Part shown: piece by piece, positions 28,062-36,260 of the stretch
How the letters are laid out: every line of letters begins with the position of its first letter
Numbering within the stretch: position 1 is the first letter of the stretch
Source: Candidatus Poseidoniaceae archaeon
Lineage (GTDB): Archaea; Thermoplasmatota; Poseidoniia; Poseidoniales; Poseidoniaceae
Assembly (NCBI GenBank): GCA_045568435.1
Contig: JBJLBB010000003.1
Span: 2,509-66,508 of the forward strand
Direction: 5' to 3'
Length of the DNA stretch: 64,000 nt
Position numbers and translations under genes: made by a program
The notes under the pieces: model-generated
Seen by the model: only the letters and a program-made list of their open reading frames with translations
Database searches by the model: none
Told to the model about the DNA's origin: nothing

Positions 28062-29155
28062 TTTTCATCAATTCCTACTATACTTGTAGATGGTGAGTTT
28101 TCTACAAGTTCTTGTTGTTGCTCCTGTACATTTTGTTCAAGATGTTCACGAGTTGCCTGTGCTCTATGATATACTTCTCTCAGAGTCTGGTCAGATATCT
28201 CAAGGTAAACTCTAGTTGTAGCAATTGTGCTATGGCCAAGCAATTTCTGAATAGAAACAAGGTCTGCTCCACGTTCCAGTAGACCAGTTGCAAAGTTGTG
28301 GCGTAGAACGTGAGGAGTTAGTTTGCCTTTTGGTAATCCAGCATCCAATGCTAAGGTATCCATCAATCTTTGAACACCTCTCGGTTGTAATCTACGTTTA
28401 GCAGAATTAAGTAGTAAAGCGATTTCATCATTTTTTATTCTCGACTCCCTAACCGGTAGCCAGGCTTGAATTCTATCAAGTGTCCTTTGTGTGAATAAAA
28501 CTAGACGGTCTTTATCTCCTTTGCCACCTAAAACTCTCGCTGAGCGGTCTTCCAAGTCAATATCGCTGTAATCTAAATTACAGACTTCGCTTACACGTAA
28601 CCCGGTATCCAACATCAAAGTAACAACAATTGAGGCCACAGGGTTTTCACTGTTTGAGGCCGCTTCCAAAACCATCGATAATTCTCTACGTGTTAGAGTT
28701 CTTGGCAATCTTTTACCGGTTCTTGCTCTTGTCAAATGCTCTGGCCATCTATGACCTAGCCATTTTAGTAGATGTCTTGCAGCAGCGAGTCTAGCATTGT
28801 ATGTGGTCGGTTTTAAGTCAGATAAACTATGAGTCCACAAATCTATACGCCCGTTTAGAGGCTCCATTCTCTCTGCTAACTCTGCAATAGTCATATTTTG
28901 ATAGCCTTTTTCACTTAGAACTAACTCACCAGGGAGGTTTGTTTCAACTAATGAACGCAGTCCACTGGCATATGATTTTTGAGTATTAGCAGATTTATTT
29001 TCCGACTTTAGTTGCTTTTGATAACAACTAGTCCAAGGCAGATGTTGGAGATGTTTAAGACGCGCAGGAAGACCGACATCCTCTTCTTGACCTAGTCTTA
29101 ACTGACTTGGCCTTAGAGCCTTTCTTTCTCTCATAGTATCCCTCCGCTCATTCAT
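28058..29155 (-). CDS. Tyrosine recombinase, XerA/XerC-like
   Basis: TGLRVSE, GKGDKDR, HVLRH, LLGH and TTRVY catalytic residues; no IntI-specific insertion. Confidence 0.92.
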   Translation of the reverse strand: MNERRDTMRERKALRPSQLRLGQEEDVGLPARLKHLQHLPWTSCYQKQLKSENKSANTQKSYASGLRSLVETNLPGELVLSEKGYQNMTIAELAERMEPLNGRIDLWTHSLSDLKPTTYNARLAAARHLLKWLGHRWPEHLTRARTGKRLPRTLTRRELSMVLEAASNSENPVASIVVTLMLDTGLRVSEVCNLDYSDIDLEDRSARVLGGKGDKDRLVLFTQRTLDRIQAWLPVRESRIKNDEIALLLNSAKRRLQPRGVQRLMDTLALDAGLPKGKLTPHVLRHNFATGLLERGADLVSIQKLLGHSTIATTRVYLEISDQTLREVYHRAQATREHLEQNVQEQQQELVENSPSTSIVGIDEN

Positions 29156-29232
29156 TGGCGTTCACCGCCTCTCGCCGAAGCGAGTGTGCATCCCGTTGTC
29201 CCGAAGGACGGTAAGAGGATAGAGGTGATACA
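29156..29232 (-). promoter_or_regulatory. Structured 5' leader (candidate cis-regulatory RNA) of the Xer gene
   Basis: About 60% GC. Hairpins GUCC-UUCG-GGAC (29209-29198) and CUCGC-UUCG-GCGAG (29184-29171). UCACCUCU (29228-29221) is complementary to the SD-like AGAGGCGGUGA (29172-29162). Confidence 0.65.
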
Positions 29233-29277
29233 TATCAAACCATCGGGATGAAATAAATTTTATCAAAGCAAAAATCA

Positions 29278-29628
29278 TCAGTTGTAATTTACCGGAACCC
29301 ATTCTTGGCCGTTCCACCAAAGCATACTTCGATCAGACATCTGCTTCCAAGTATAGCCATTATTATCGGTCCATTGGTGTAGAACAGTCAATTGTTCATC
29401 ATTTCCTACCCCTACTTGTAAGGCAGGCATAATTGGGGGATTTATTTCGACAATCGTTTTATCTTTTGCATCCTCGAGTTTACTATTTTGGGAACTAACT
29501 TTTCGCCTTATGATAATTACGGAAGCCAAAGAAATTAGAACCAGTATAAAACTCACATAAAGCCAAGACTTAGTATCATTACTTTTGAGAATCTGTTGAG
29601 TCATCCGGTTCAGAATTTTCATTTTCAT
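29278..29628 (-). CDS. C-terminal TM and Trp-rich tail of the 29278-31555 protein (frameshifted)
   Basis: TM followed by QWTDNNGYTW..WWNGQEW; joins the upstream ORF if one A is removed from the A4 run at 29582-29585. Confidence 0.65.
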   Translation of the reverse strand: MKMKILNRMTQQILKSNDTKSWLYVSFILVLISLASVIIIRRKVSSQNSKLEDAKDKTIVEINPPIMPALQVGVGNDEQLTVLHQWTDNNGYTWKQMSDRSMLWWNGQEWVPVNYN

Positions 29629-31555
29629 TTTGGTTTTGTGTGATATTGGTATTATTTTGCTGAGAACTATTAGTCAAGTTATCAACCTGATTTTGAGTAT
29701 TATTCACTGATGAGTTAGTGGAATTATTAGTCAAATTATCGGAGTTTGGAATTGTAGAATTACCACTTGAAGTATTATTAGAATCATCAATTACAGTATC
29801 ATTATTTGAATTATTTTGGTTTGGTTCACTTAGCGAGGTATTTTCTAGAACCGAAAGTTCGACTTGGCTTTCATAAATTAGTACATCCTCATCATTTATT
29901 TGTTCCATCTTTACATTGATATAATAATCACCAATATTTACGTCTTCACCAATATCGATATTAATTTTGAAAAATTGGTCTTGAACGATACTGAAAATAT
30001 AAGGAATTGATAATAATGTATTATTTTCCATTAGAGAAAATTCTAATTCCGAAACAATTTCAAATTCAGAATTTATAATAGAGACGTCCATTACCCAATT
30101 ATTTTGGAAAAAAGATGTTTCAAAAATAGAATTCCATGGTATTATTAAGAATAGTTCCAAACTTTCGTTTTGTAAAGTTGAAATATTCTGCAAATAATTT
30201 GGCATACTAATATTTGAAGATGGGAAAAAGATATTTGGTATTGTTATAAAATAGATGCTCATATCTAAATCGAATATTTCATCTGAATTTGAATTATTCA
30301 CTGAAATACTAATTGGATATATATCGATTTGATTTTCGATTGAGAAGTTTATATGGCAGCGGAAAGAAATTATTTCTAAAGGTTCAACATCATTAATTGT
30401 CAACCCTCCATCTTCAGGTAGTAATGGGCGTTCTTCATCAAATTGAGAATATATTTCAATGTCAATGCTATTCAATGAGGAAACATTCAATTCAAATGTA
30501 GATTTGCTATAACCGTAATTTTGGATATCAAAGAAAAAATCCATGCTAAGGCTGTTAAAAGAAACTAGAGAAGTTTCAAAAATATTAGCATTAGAGTCGG
30601 TTTGCTGATAATTATTCTTAACTAAGTCAGTACTAAAATTTGTTCGAAATACTGAGATATTTGCGTAAGATTCTAAGGGTACAAGTTCACTTTCTAAAGA
30701 ATAATTGGCATTATAAAATTCTACCATTTGACCGGTAAAGTCTTCAAATTCTGCAATGAGTTGGAATTCGATTACAGGCATTGGGTCCTTTGAAGGATAA
30801 GCATCATTAGGCGCTTGAAATTCAAATAATGCGGTAGAGTTTTGCCCTCCACTTAGGTCTGAATCGGATATGAATAGATTTGGGGGGTTCCAGTTGCTTG
30901 GCAATTGACTTAGTAAAATAATATCAAACTCAATATCAGTATAAACCGAACCAGTATTTTGAATGAATAATTCTAAAGAGGTAACTTGATTATTTGCAAA
31001 TAATAACTTACTGTCAAAATCTATTGAGATTGGTTCTAAATGCATGTCATAAGCGATTACATTGATTCCTTTATGCTCAAAAGTGTGCAATATGCCTCCA
31101 CTATCTACGACATCTAGGGTAATATTATACTCATCATGATAAATATCTAATGGATATGTATAATTATAATACATAAATAATCCATTTTCATGAGTCTCGA
31201 GCTCAGATATACTCAAGTTTTCACTCAACAAAGGGTCGCCTGTACTAACATTGTAAATCCAAGTCATGTTAAGCGTCATCGATTCAATACTCTCTGTCGA
31301 ATTAATGCCCTCAATAAGTATAGAGAATTGGATAGTTCGATTATATTCAAGATGATTTGGAGACCACTCTAATACCTGATTTTCATTCCAGTCTCCCCCG
31401 AGATTATGAACACGAACTTCAGTTGATGAAATCACTTCTTGTTCTGTAAAAAATTGCTGTGCTTCTTCGTTCAAAGAGGAATTTGAAAAGGGAAATTGAG
31501 AAGATAGTAAGAAAACAATAGTCAGAACTATCGCTCTAGAGCCAACTCCTCCCAT
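29579..31555 (-). CDS. Large secreted Asn/Ser-rich surface protein, N-terminal part
   Basis: Signal peptide, beta-rich Ig-like segments, N/S/T-rich linker at the end; AT-rich. Confidence 0.7.
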   Translation of the reverse strand: MGGVGSRAIVLTIVFLLSSQFPFSNSSLNEEAQQFFTEQEVISSTEVRVHNLGGDWNENQVLEWSPNHLEYNRTIQFSILIEGINSTESIESMTLNMTWIYNVSTGDPLLSENLSISELETHENGLFMYYNYTYPLDIYHDEYNITLDVVDSGGILHTFEHKGINVIAYDMHLEPISIDFDSKLLFANNQVTSLELFIQNTGSVYTDIEFDIILLSQLPSNWNPPNLFISDSDLSGGQNSTALFEFQAPNDAYPSKDPMPVIEFQLIAEFEDFTGQMVEFYNANYSLESELVPLESYANISVFRTNFSTDLVKNNYQQTDSNANIFETSLVSFNSLSMDFFFDIQNYGYSKSTFELNVSSLNSIDIEIYSQFDEERPLLPEDGGLTINDVEPLEIISFRCHINFSIENQIDIYPISISVNNSNSDEIFDLDMSIYFITIPNIFFPSSNISMPNYLQNISTLQNESLELFLIIPWNSIFETSFFQNNWVMDVSIINSEFEIVSELEFSLMENNTLLSIPYIFSIVQDQFFKINIDIGEDVNIGDYYINVKMEQINDEDVLIYESQVELSVLENTSLSEPNQNNSNNDTVIDDSNNTSSGNSTIPNSDNLTNNSTNSSVNNTQNQVDNLTNSSQQNNTNITQNQNENENSEPDDSTDSQK

Positions 31556-31611
31556 AGAGATAAGTCCAGTTCATACTTTATTGAAGTTTGTTAAGAATGA
31601 TGTTTAGAACA

Positions 31612-32808
31612 TCATGCATTTGATTCTTCTTTCTCACTAAGTTCAAAGTCAGTTTTTGAAACTCCAATGATTGCATTCTTAATCGATGCTCTAAGTTCAG
31701 CTAAGTCTCCATAGCAGACAATTACATCATCATATCTCAACAATAAATCGTCAGTAGGGTTCCAGATCAATTTATTTTCTCTAGAAAGGGCAAATACGGG
31801 AATATCGGAACCTTTATTGAAAATTTGTGAAATTTTCTGGCCAACGAGGTTTGGATGATTTCTTAATTGAAGAGAAAGAACTCCAGAGCCTGGAACAGTT
31901 CGTAGTAGTTGGTCTAAATCTACTTCTGAGAAAGCGGTTTGGCTAGCTACAAAATCAACTATTTCCCCAGATACATTTACTCCACTTGCCTTTTCAATTC
32001 CTTCCAAACCTGGCGAGGAATTGACTTCAAGAACCAGAGGGCCATGCTCTGCTTCAAGTAAATCGACTCCAGCCACATGAAGGCCCAAAACACGGGCTGC
32101 ACGACATGCCTGCTCTTCGTATTCAGGAGGTAAGTCAACTTTTTCGACAGTTCCGTTTAGGTGATAATTACTTCTAAATTCACGCCCACGTGCTCGTCGT
32201 CTCATACTTGCAACAACTCTGTCACCAACAACCAATGCGCGAATGTCTTTGCCATGAGATTCAGCAATATATTCCTGAACTAAAACAGATTTTCCAGTCA
32301 ACAATAGTCCTTGTACAAGGCTGCAAGCCTCGTGTAGAGTATGTCTGAGGAATACACCTTGCCCTTGTGTCCCTTGTGTCACCTTTATCACAACCGGGAA
32401 TCCCCCGACAAAGTCTATTGCAGATTCTACATCAATAATATCTCTTACATAAGTAGTGCGTGGTACAGGTATTTTATTTCTGGCTAAAATTTGGGAGGCA
32501 TGAAGTTTATCACGGCTTTGAATAATTCCTTGACCTGTATTTGCGGTCCAAATCCCCAACTGTTCAAGGTGTCTTAGCAAAGCTACACCATGTTTGGTTA
32601 TCGAATGACCAATTCTTGGTATTACGGCATCTGCGATGAATGGTTTGCCCATGTACTGGATATCGATTGAGCCATCTGCAACGTAAAGAGAAAATTTCAT
32701 TGGGTCTGCAACAAAAACATCGATTCCTCGCTTTTTTGCCTCTTCAACAAGACGCCTAGTACTGTATAATCGCGGACCACGCGATAAAACAGCAAGTCTG
32801 ATGTCCAT
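31612..32808 (-). CDS. rimK: RimK family ATP-grasp alpha-L-glutamate ligase with C-terminal TrkA-C (RCK_C)-like domain
   Basis: LSRGPRLYSTRRL, IPRIG, DIRALVVG, EFRSNYH, EVNSSPGLEGIE; ~100-aa extension ending LRYDDVIVCYG. Confidence 0.85.
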   Translation of the reverse strand: MDIRLAVLSRGPRLYSTRRLVEEAKKRGIDVFVADPMKFSLYVADGSIDIQYMGKPFIADAVIPRIGHSITKHGVALLRHLEQLGIWTANTGQGIIQSRDKLHASQILARNKIPVPRTTYVRDIIDVESAIDFVGGFPVVIKVTQGTQGQGVFLRHTLHEACSLVQGLLLTGKSVLVQEYIAESHGKDIRALVVGDRVVASMRRRARGREFRSNYHLNGTVEKVDLPPEYEEQACRAARVLGLHVAGVDLLEAEHGPLVLEVNSSPGLEGIEKASGVNVSGEIVDFVASQTAFSEVDLDQLLRTVPGSGVLSLQLRNHPNLVGQKISQIFNKGSDIPVFALSRENKLIWNPTDDLLLRYDDVIVCYGDLAELRASIKNAIIGVSKTDFELSEKEESNA

Positions 32809-32907
32809 ATGAGCGGGTAAAACTCTTTCTTTTTGATATCATCGCTTATTATTCTTGAAAAATCTATTATCGCGCCTTTCAAGTGCTGGATTGAAATCGC
32901 AAGGGAT

Positions 32908-34032
32908 ATGTCCGACGAAGAAGAGAACGACATGGTTGAGCAAACTTCTCACGCAGATGAAGCCGAAGAAGTAGTTGAGGAACAATCTTCAGTTCAACAA
33001 AATGAGCAACCTGAAGAATCTTTAGGAAAATTAGAAGCAGAGTTGAAACGTTCGAAGTGGAGCGTTTTTCTTTTTGTTGGAATTACAGTCGTGATGTTTG
33101 GATTCGCTCTATTTCCTATGACTACTAATGTACCATATGATGGATTATGGGGGGCTGCGGAGAAAGATATCGGTTTTGTTTGGGGCCCATCTGCTTCCGG
33201 CGAAGATTTGCTGGATGTTCCTTTTGAGTTAGAAGTTGAAGTTGTTAGGGCACCGTCGGTCTCTTCAAATGTGATACTTGAAGCATATGTTTTGAAATTA
33301 GACAATTGTCAGTCATTGGAGGTTAGTGATTTCCAGCAAACAGCCAAACAAGGAAATAGTCATGATTATCAATATTTATCGAAAAAGTCACCCCTTGAAG
33401 GCGAGACTTATACGTTTGAATTTAATTTAGACATGGGTCAGCACTGCGTAAAAGTACAATTTGTTAATGACCAAGGAAATGTTCTGAAAGAGAATACAGA
33501 ACTGAAAGCTAAAGGTAAATTATGGCCTAATCAAGTAATTGCAGGCATTCCTGGTTTTATTTTCCTCAGTGTTTCAATTTATGCAATCCTAGGTTTGCTA
33601 AATAAGAGGTCTAGAGTTAATGAGATACTGGAACAAGAGAGAATTGAAGAAGAAAAATTAGCAGTAGAGGCGGCTACAGCCGAAAGAATCTCACAGGGGC
33701 CAGGAGGAGCACCTCCTAAATCCGCAGTGGGACCTTCAGGACCGCCAAAGTCTGTTTCAGGACCTTCGGGGCCACCTAAACAGGAAAAGCGTAGTGGGCC
33801 TCCTAAGAGTTCAATTTCTACCGCAACCGATTCACCAAAACGTAGCGGTCCACCTCCATCTAATGCAGAAGTCAAGGAAGAAGTGGTTCCTGAAGTGATT
33901 TCACAAACTGATGATTCTGTGTTTGAACCTGCTGGAAACGGATATTTCTATCGAAAGATGGCAGATGGAACTTATGAGCAAACCATCTATGTTCAATCGG
34001 AAGATGGAACTTATACGCCATATCAAGAATGA
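32908..34032 (+). CDS. Two-TM membrane protein with Pro/Gly-rich cytoplasmic tail
   Basis: Two hydrophobic segments; GPSGPPK repeats. Confidence 0.7.
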   Translation: MSDEEENDMVEQTSHADEAEEVVEEQSSVQQNEQPEESLGKLEAELKRSKWSVFLFVGITVVMFGFALFPMTTNVPYDGLWGAAEKDIGFVWGPSASGEDLLDVPFELEVEVVRAPSVSSNVILEAYVLKLDNCQSLEVSDFQQTAKQGNSHDYQYLSKKSPLEGETYTFEFNLDMGQHCVKVQFVNDQGNVLKENTELKAKGKLWPNQVIAGIPGFIFLSVSIYAILGLLNKRSRVNEILEQERIEEEKLAVEAATAERISQGPGGAPPKSAVGPSGPPKSVSGPSGPPKQEKRSGPPKSSISTATDSPKRSGPPPSNAEVKEEVVPEVISQTDDSVFEPAGNGYFYRKMADGTYEQTIYVQSEDGTYTPYQE

Positions 34033-34112
34033 ATAATTGATTTCTTCTCTGAAATAGCACGATTAAGATACATCGAGCACTATCCTTGAAAGGGGGCATT
34101 ACTGACGCCCAT

Positions 34113-36260
34113 ATGGGAAGGGGCATGGCCGACGATTTGACATCAACACTAACAGTCGCCAAATTGAAGGCGTTGTGTGTTCTCAATGACCTTGCAACTT
34201 CTGGTAAGAAATCTGAGTTATTACAACGCTTACTAGATTCGGGATTAGACCGAGAGGAGTTGGGCTTGTCATCTCTCAGCGTTGTGATTAACGATGATGA
34301 AGCGATAGATGATGAAGTTGTATTTTCTCTTGAAGATGATGATACGATTACTCCTGAGGTTGAACCAGAGGTTTCCGAACCGATCAAACAAAAGCCTGCA
34401 GAGGAAATTTTGGAAGCCGAGATATTGGACGCTGACCTTGTTGAGATTAGTGAAGAAATAGAAAAACCCAAAACAACGATAAAGCCTGTAGAATCAAAAA
34501 CTCCAAATCTACAAAAACCAACCACATTGGTTGAGATGGTTAAGAGGCCTCAAGTTGCGGCAGCAGTATTAGTTTTGATAATTCTTGGAGCAGGAGGGTG
34601 GTATTACTTTAGTGCTCAATTAGAGCCATTTACCGCCGATCAATTACGCTATGGAGATGAGATGACCTATACTATTTCAGATGGCGATTTTATGGCCACA
34701 GAAGGTTTTCTTGACTTAGTATTAGACCAGATTGAAACCGAAGATGATATTTGCAAATTAAGAATGATGTTTGATGGTTCTGGCGATGTATCAATCACCG
34801 ATGGAGGAACAGACCAATTGGTCTCTCAAACCTCTAATGACAGAGTCGGCGCAGTAAGTGTCCGAGGAGGACAAGGAATGAGTTGGTTATCGGTAGAGTC
34901 TGTATCATCTTATGACTTCGATAGTTTCACCATTCAACGTCATTTACAATCTTCAATCCCAGGCTCTAATGGATGTTCAGATTTTCCAGCAAGTGTTAGT
35001 GGAACAGCCGATATAACTTCGACTAAGTGGACAGAACTTAGAGAAAGAGCAAGCCTCGGCACCAAAGTAGACTGGAACCTCAACATTGAAGATTCATATG
35101 AAGGCACTTTGATGTCTTATGGAGTTGGAGGATTCTTTGGAGACTTGGAAGTTATTTCTCCAGGGTTTTCGCTACTAGTACAACCGGTTGAGTTACAAGA
35201 ATTGCTAGCGAATGACTACATCGATGACGGAGCCACAGGTTCTAGGCTTGGATGGGATTGGAGAGTTTTGGGTACTGAAGAATTAGGCTCAACAGAGATG
35301 TGGAAAATTGTAGCAACCAACAAGGATGTTCAAGATTACTGTTTAGGTTCAGCAAGCATGACTCTATGGGTCGAAGAAGGCAATCCATGGGCTACAAGAC
35401 AAACTGTTGACGTTGTTATTTCAGGAAGCGATAGTAATCGTCAAGGTTGTTCGACAACAACCAAACTTCTTGGAGATTATGTTCTTCCAGAAGGCGAGTT
35501 GACTATGAGCCATACATTCCAAAAATCGTCTTTAAAATTAGGAATTAAGGCATTAGAATACGGATTATCATACGATGCTAGGCCACTTGCAAACGAGTTG
35601 TCTCCCGATGAGGATGAGTTGAAGGAGTGGGGCGCAAATGGAATTCATATGCCTGATGATTCTACTATGAGGACACATGATTTAGACACTTCAATGCAAT
35701 GTTTCGATTACTTCCAAAGTTCTGCAGCAGGAGCCTCAGCAGCATTGGATGATGGCGGATATATTTGGCGAGCAATCGACTCCAACCTAGGTACAACAAC
35801 ACAATGGAATGTGTCTTGGATAGCAACGGATGAAACTGCAGGTTGGGTAAAATTCAATGTCACCGGTACGCCCAGTTCAGAAAATTGCGATTTTGATTCC
35901 AAAGGTGCTTACGATGAATCGATATCCCATAACCGAGAATTTATTCCTAAAGTACTCAATATTAGTAATATAGAATCACGTTTATCAGATTCTAGTCGAT
36001 TTACAGACTTATCTGGGACAAATGGAATATTCACATCCTCAGGTGAATACCACCCTGAAACAAGGGTCGGCTATCTTGTAGTAGTGCCCGGAAGCGGAAT
36101 CAATTCGATTCTAACCAATATTGGAGATGCAACAGACGGTGCTACAACCGTAGATATCTCGAGAGAATGGGATTCTGGCGGCTGGGATAATAGATTCAAT
36201 TTAGTGGCTGATGCTACTGATGGTAGAATTGTTGGTTGGAACTTTGTCAAGAATACTTGA
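34113..36260 (+). CDS. SAP-domain, single-TM membrane protein with large extracellular domain
   Basis: LTVAKLKALC...SGKKSELLQRL SAP motif; acidic linker; TM VAAAVLVLIILGAGGWYYF. Confidence 0.75.
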   Translation: MGRGMADDLTSTLTVAKLKALCVLNDLATSGKKSELLQRLLDSGLDREELGLSSLSVVINDDEAIDDEVVFSLEDDDTITPEVEPEVSEPIKQKPAEEILEAEILDADLVEISEEIEKPKTTIKPVESKTPNLQKPTTLVEMVKRPQVAAAVLVLIILGAGGWYYFSAQLEPFTADQLRYGDEMTYTISDGDFMATEGFLDLVLDQIETEDDICKLRMMFDGSGDVSITDGGTDQLVSQTSNDRVGAVSVRGGQGMSWLSVESVSSYDFDSFTIQRHLQSSIPGSNGCSDFPASVSGTADITSTKWTELRERASLGTKVDWNLNIEDSYEGTLMSYGVGGFFGDLEVISPGFSLLVQPVELQELLANDYIDDGATGSRLGWDWRVLGTEELGSTEMWKIVATNKDVQDYCLGSASMTLWVEEGNPWATRQTVDVVISGSDSNRQGCSTTTKLLGDYVLPEGELTMSHTFQKSSLKLGIKALEYGLSYDARPLANELSPDEDELKEWGANGIHMPDDSTMRTHDLDTSMQCFDYFQSSAAGASAALDDGGYIWRAIDSNLGTTTQWNVSWIATDETAGWVKFNVTGTPSSENCDFDSKGAYDESISHNREFIPKVLNISNIESRLSDSSRFTDLSGTNGIFTSSGEYHPETRVGYLVVVPGSGINSILTNIGDATDGATTVDISREWDSGGWDNRFNLVADATDGRIVGWNFVKNT

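Noticed and set aside
28058..29155. Integron integrase IntI or provirus integrase
   Set aside because: Lacks the IntI-specific insertion; no att site, tRNA or viral genes nearby.
29156..29232. Hammerhead ribozyme or tRNA fragment
   Set aside because: No CUGAUGA/GAAA core and no T-loop or cloverleaf on either strand.
33872..34525. 217-aa minus-strand ORF (likewise 1001-1441, 27247-27522, 62721-63431)
   Set aside because: Antisense to well-supported genes; composition mirrors the opposite strand.
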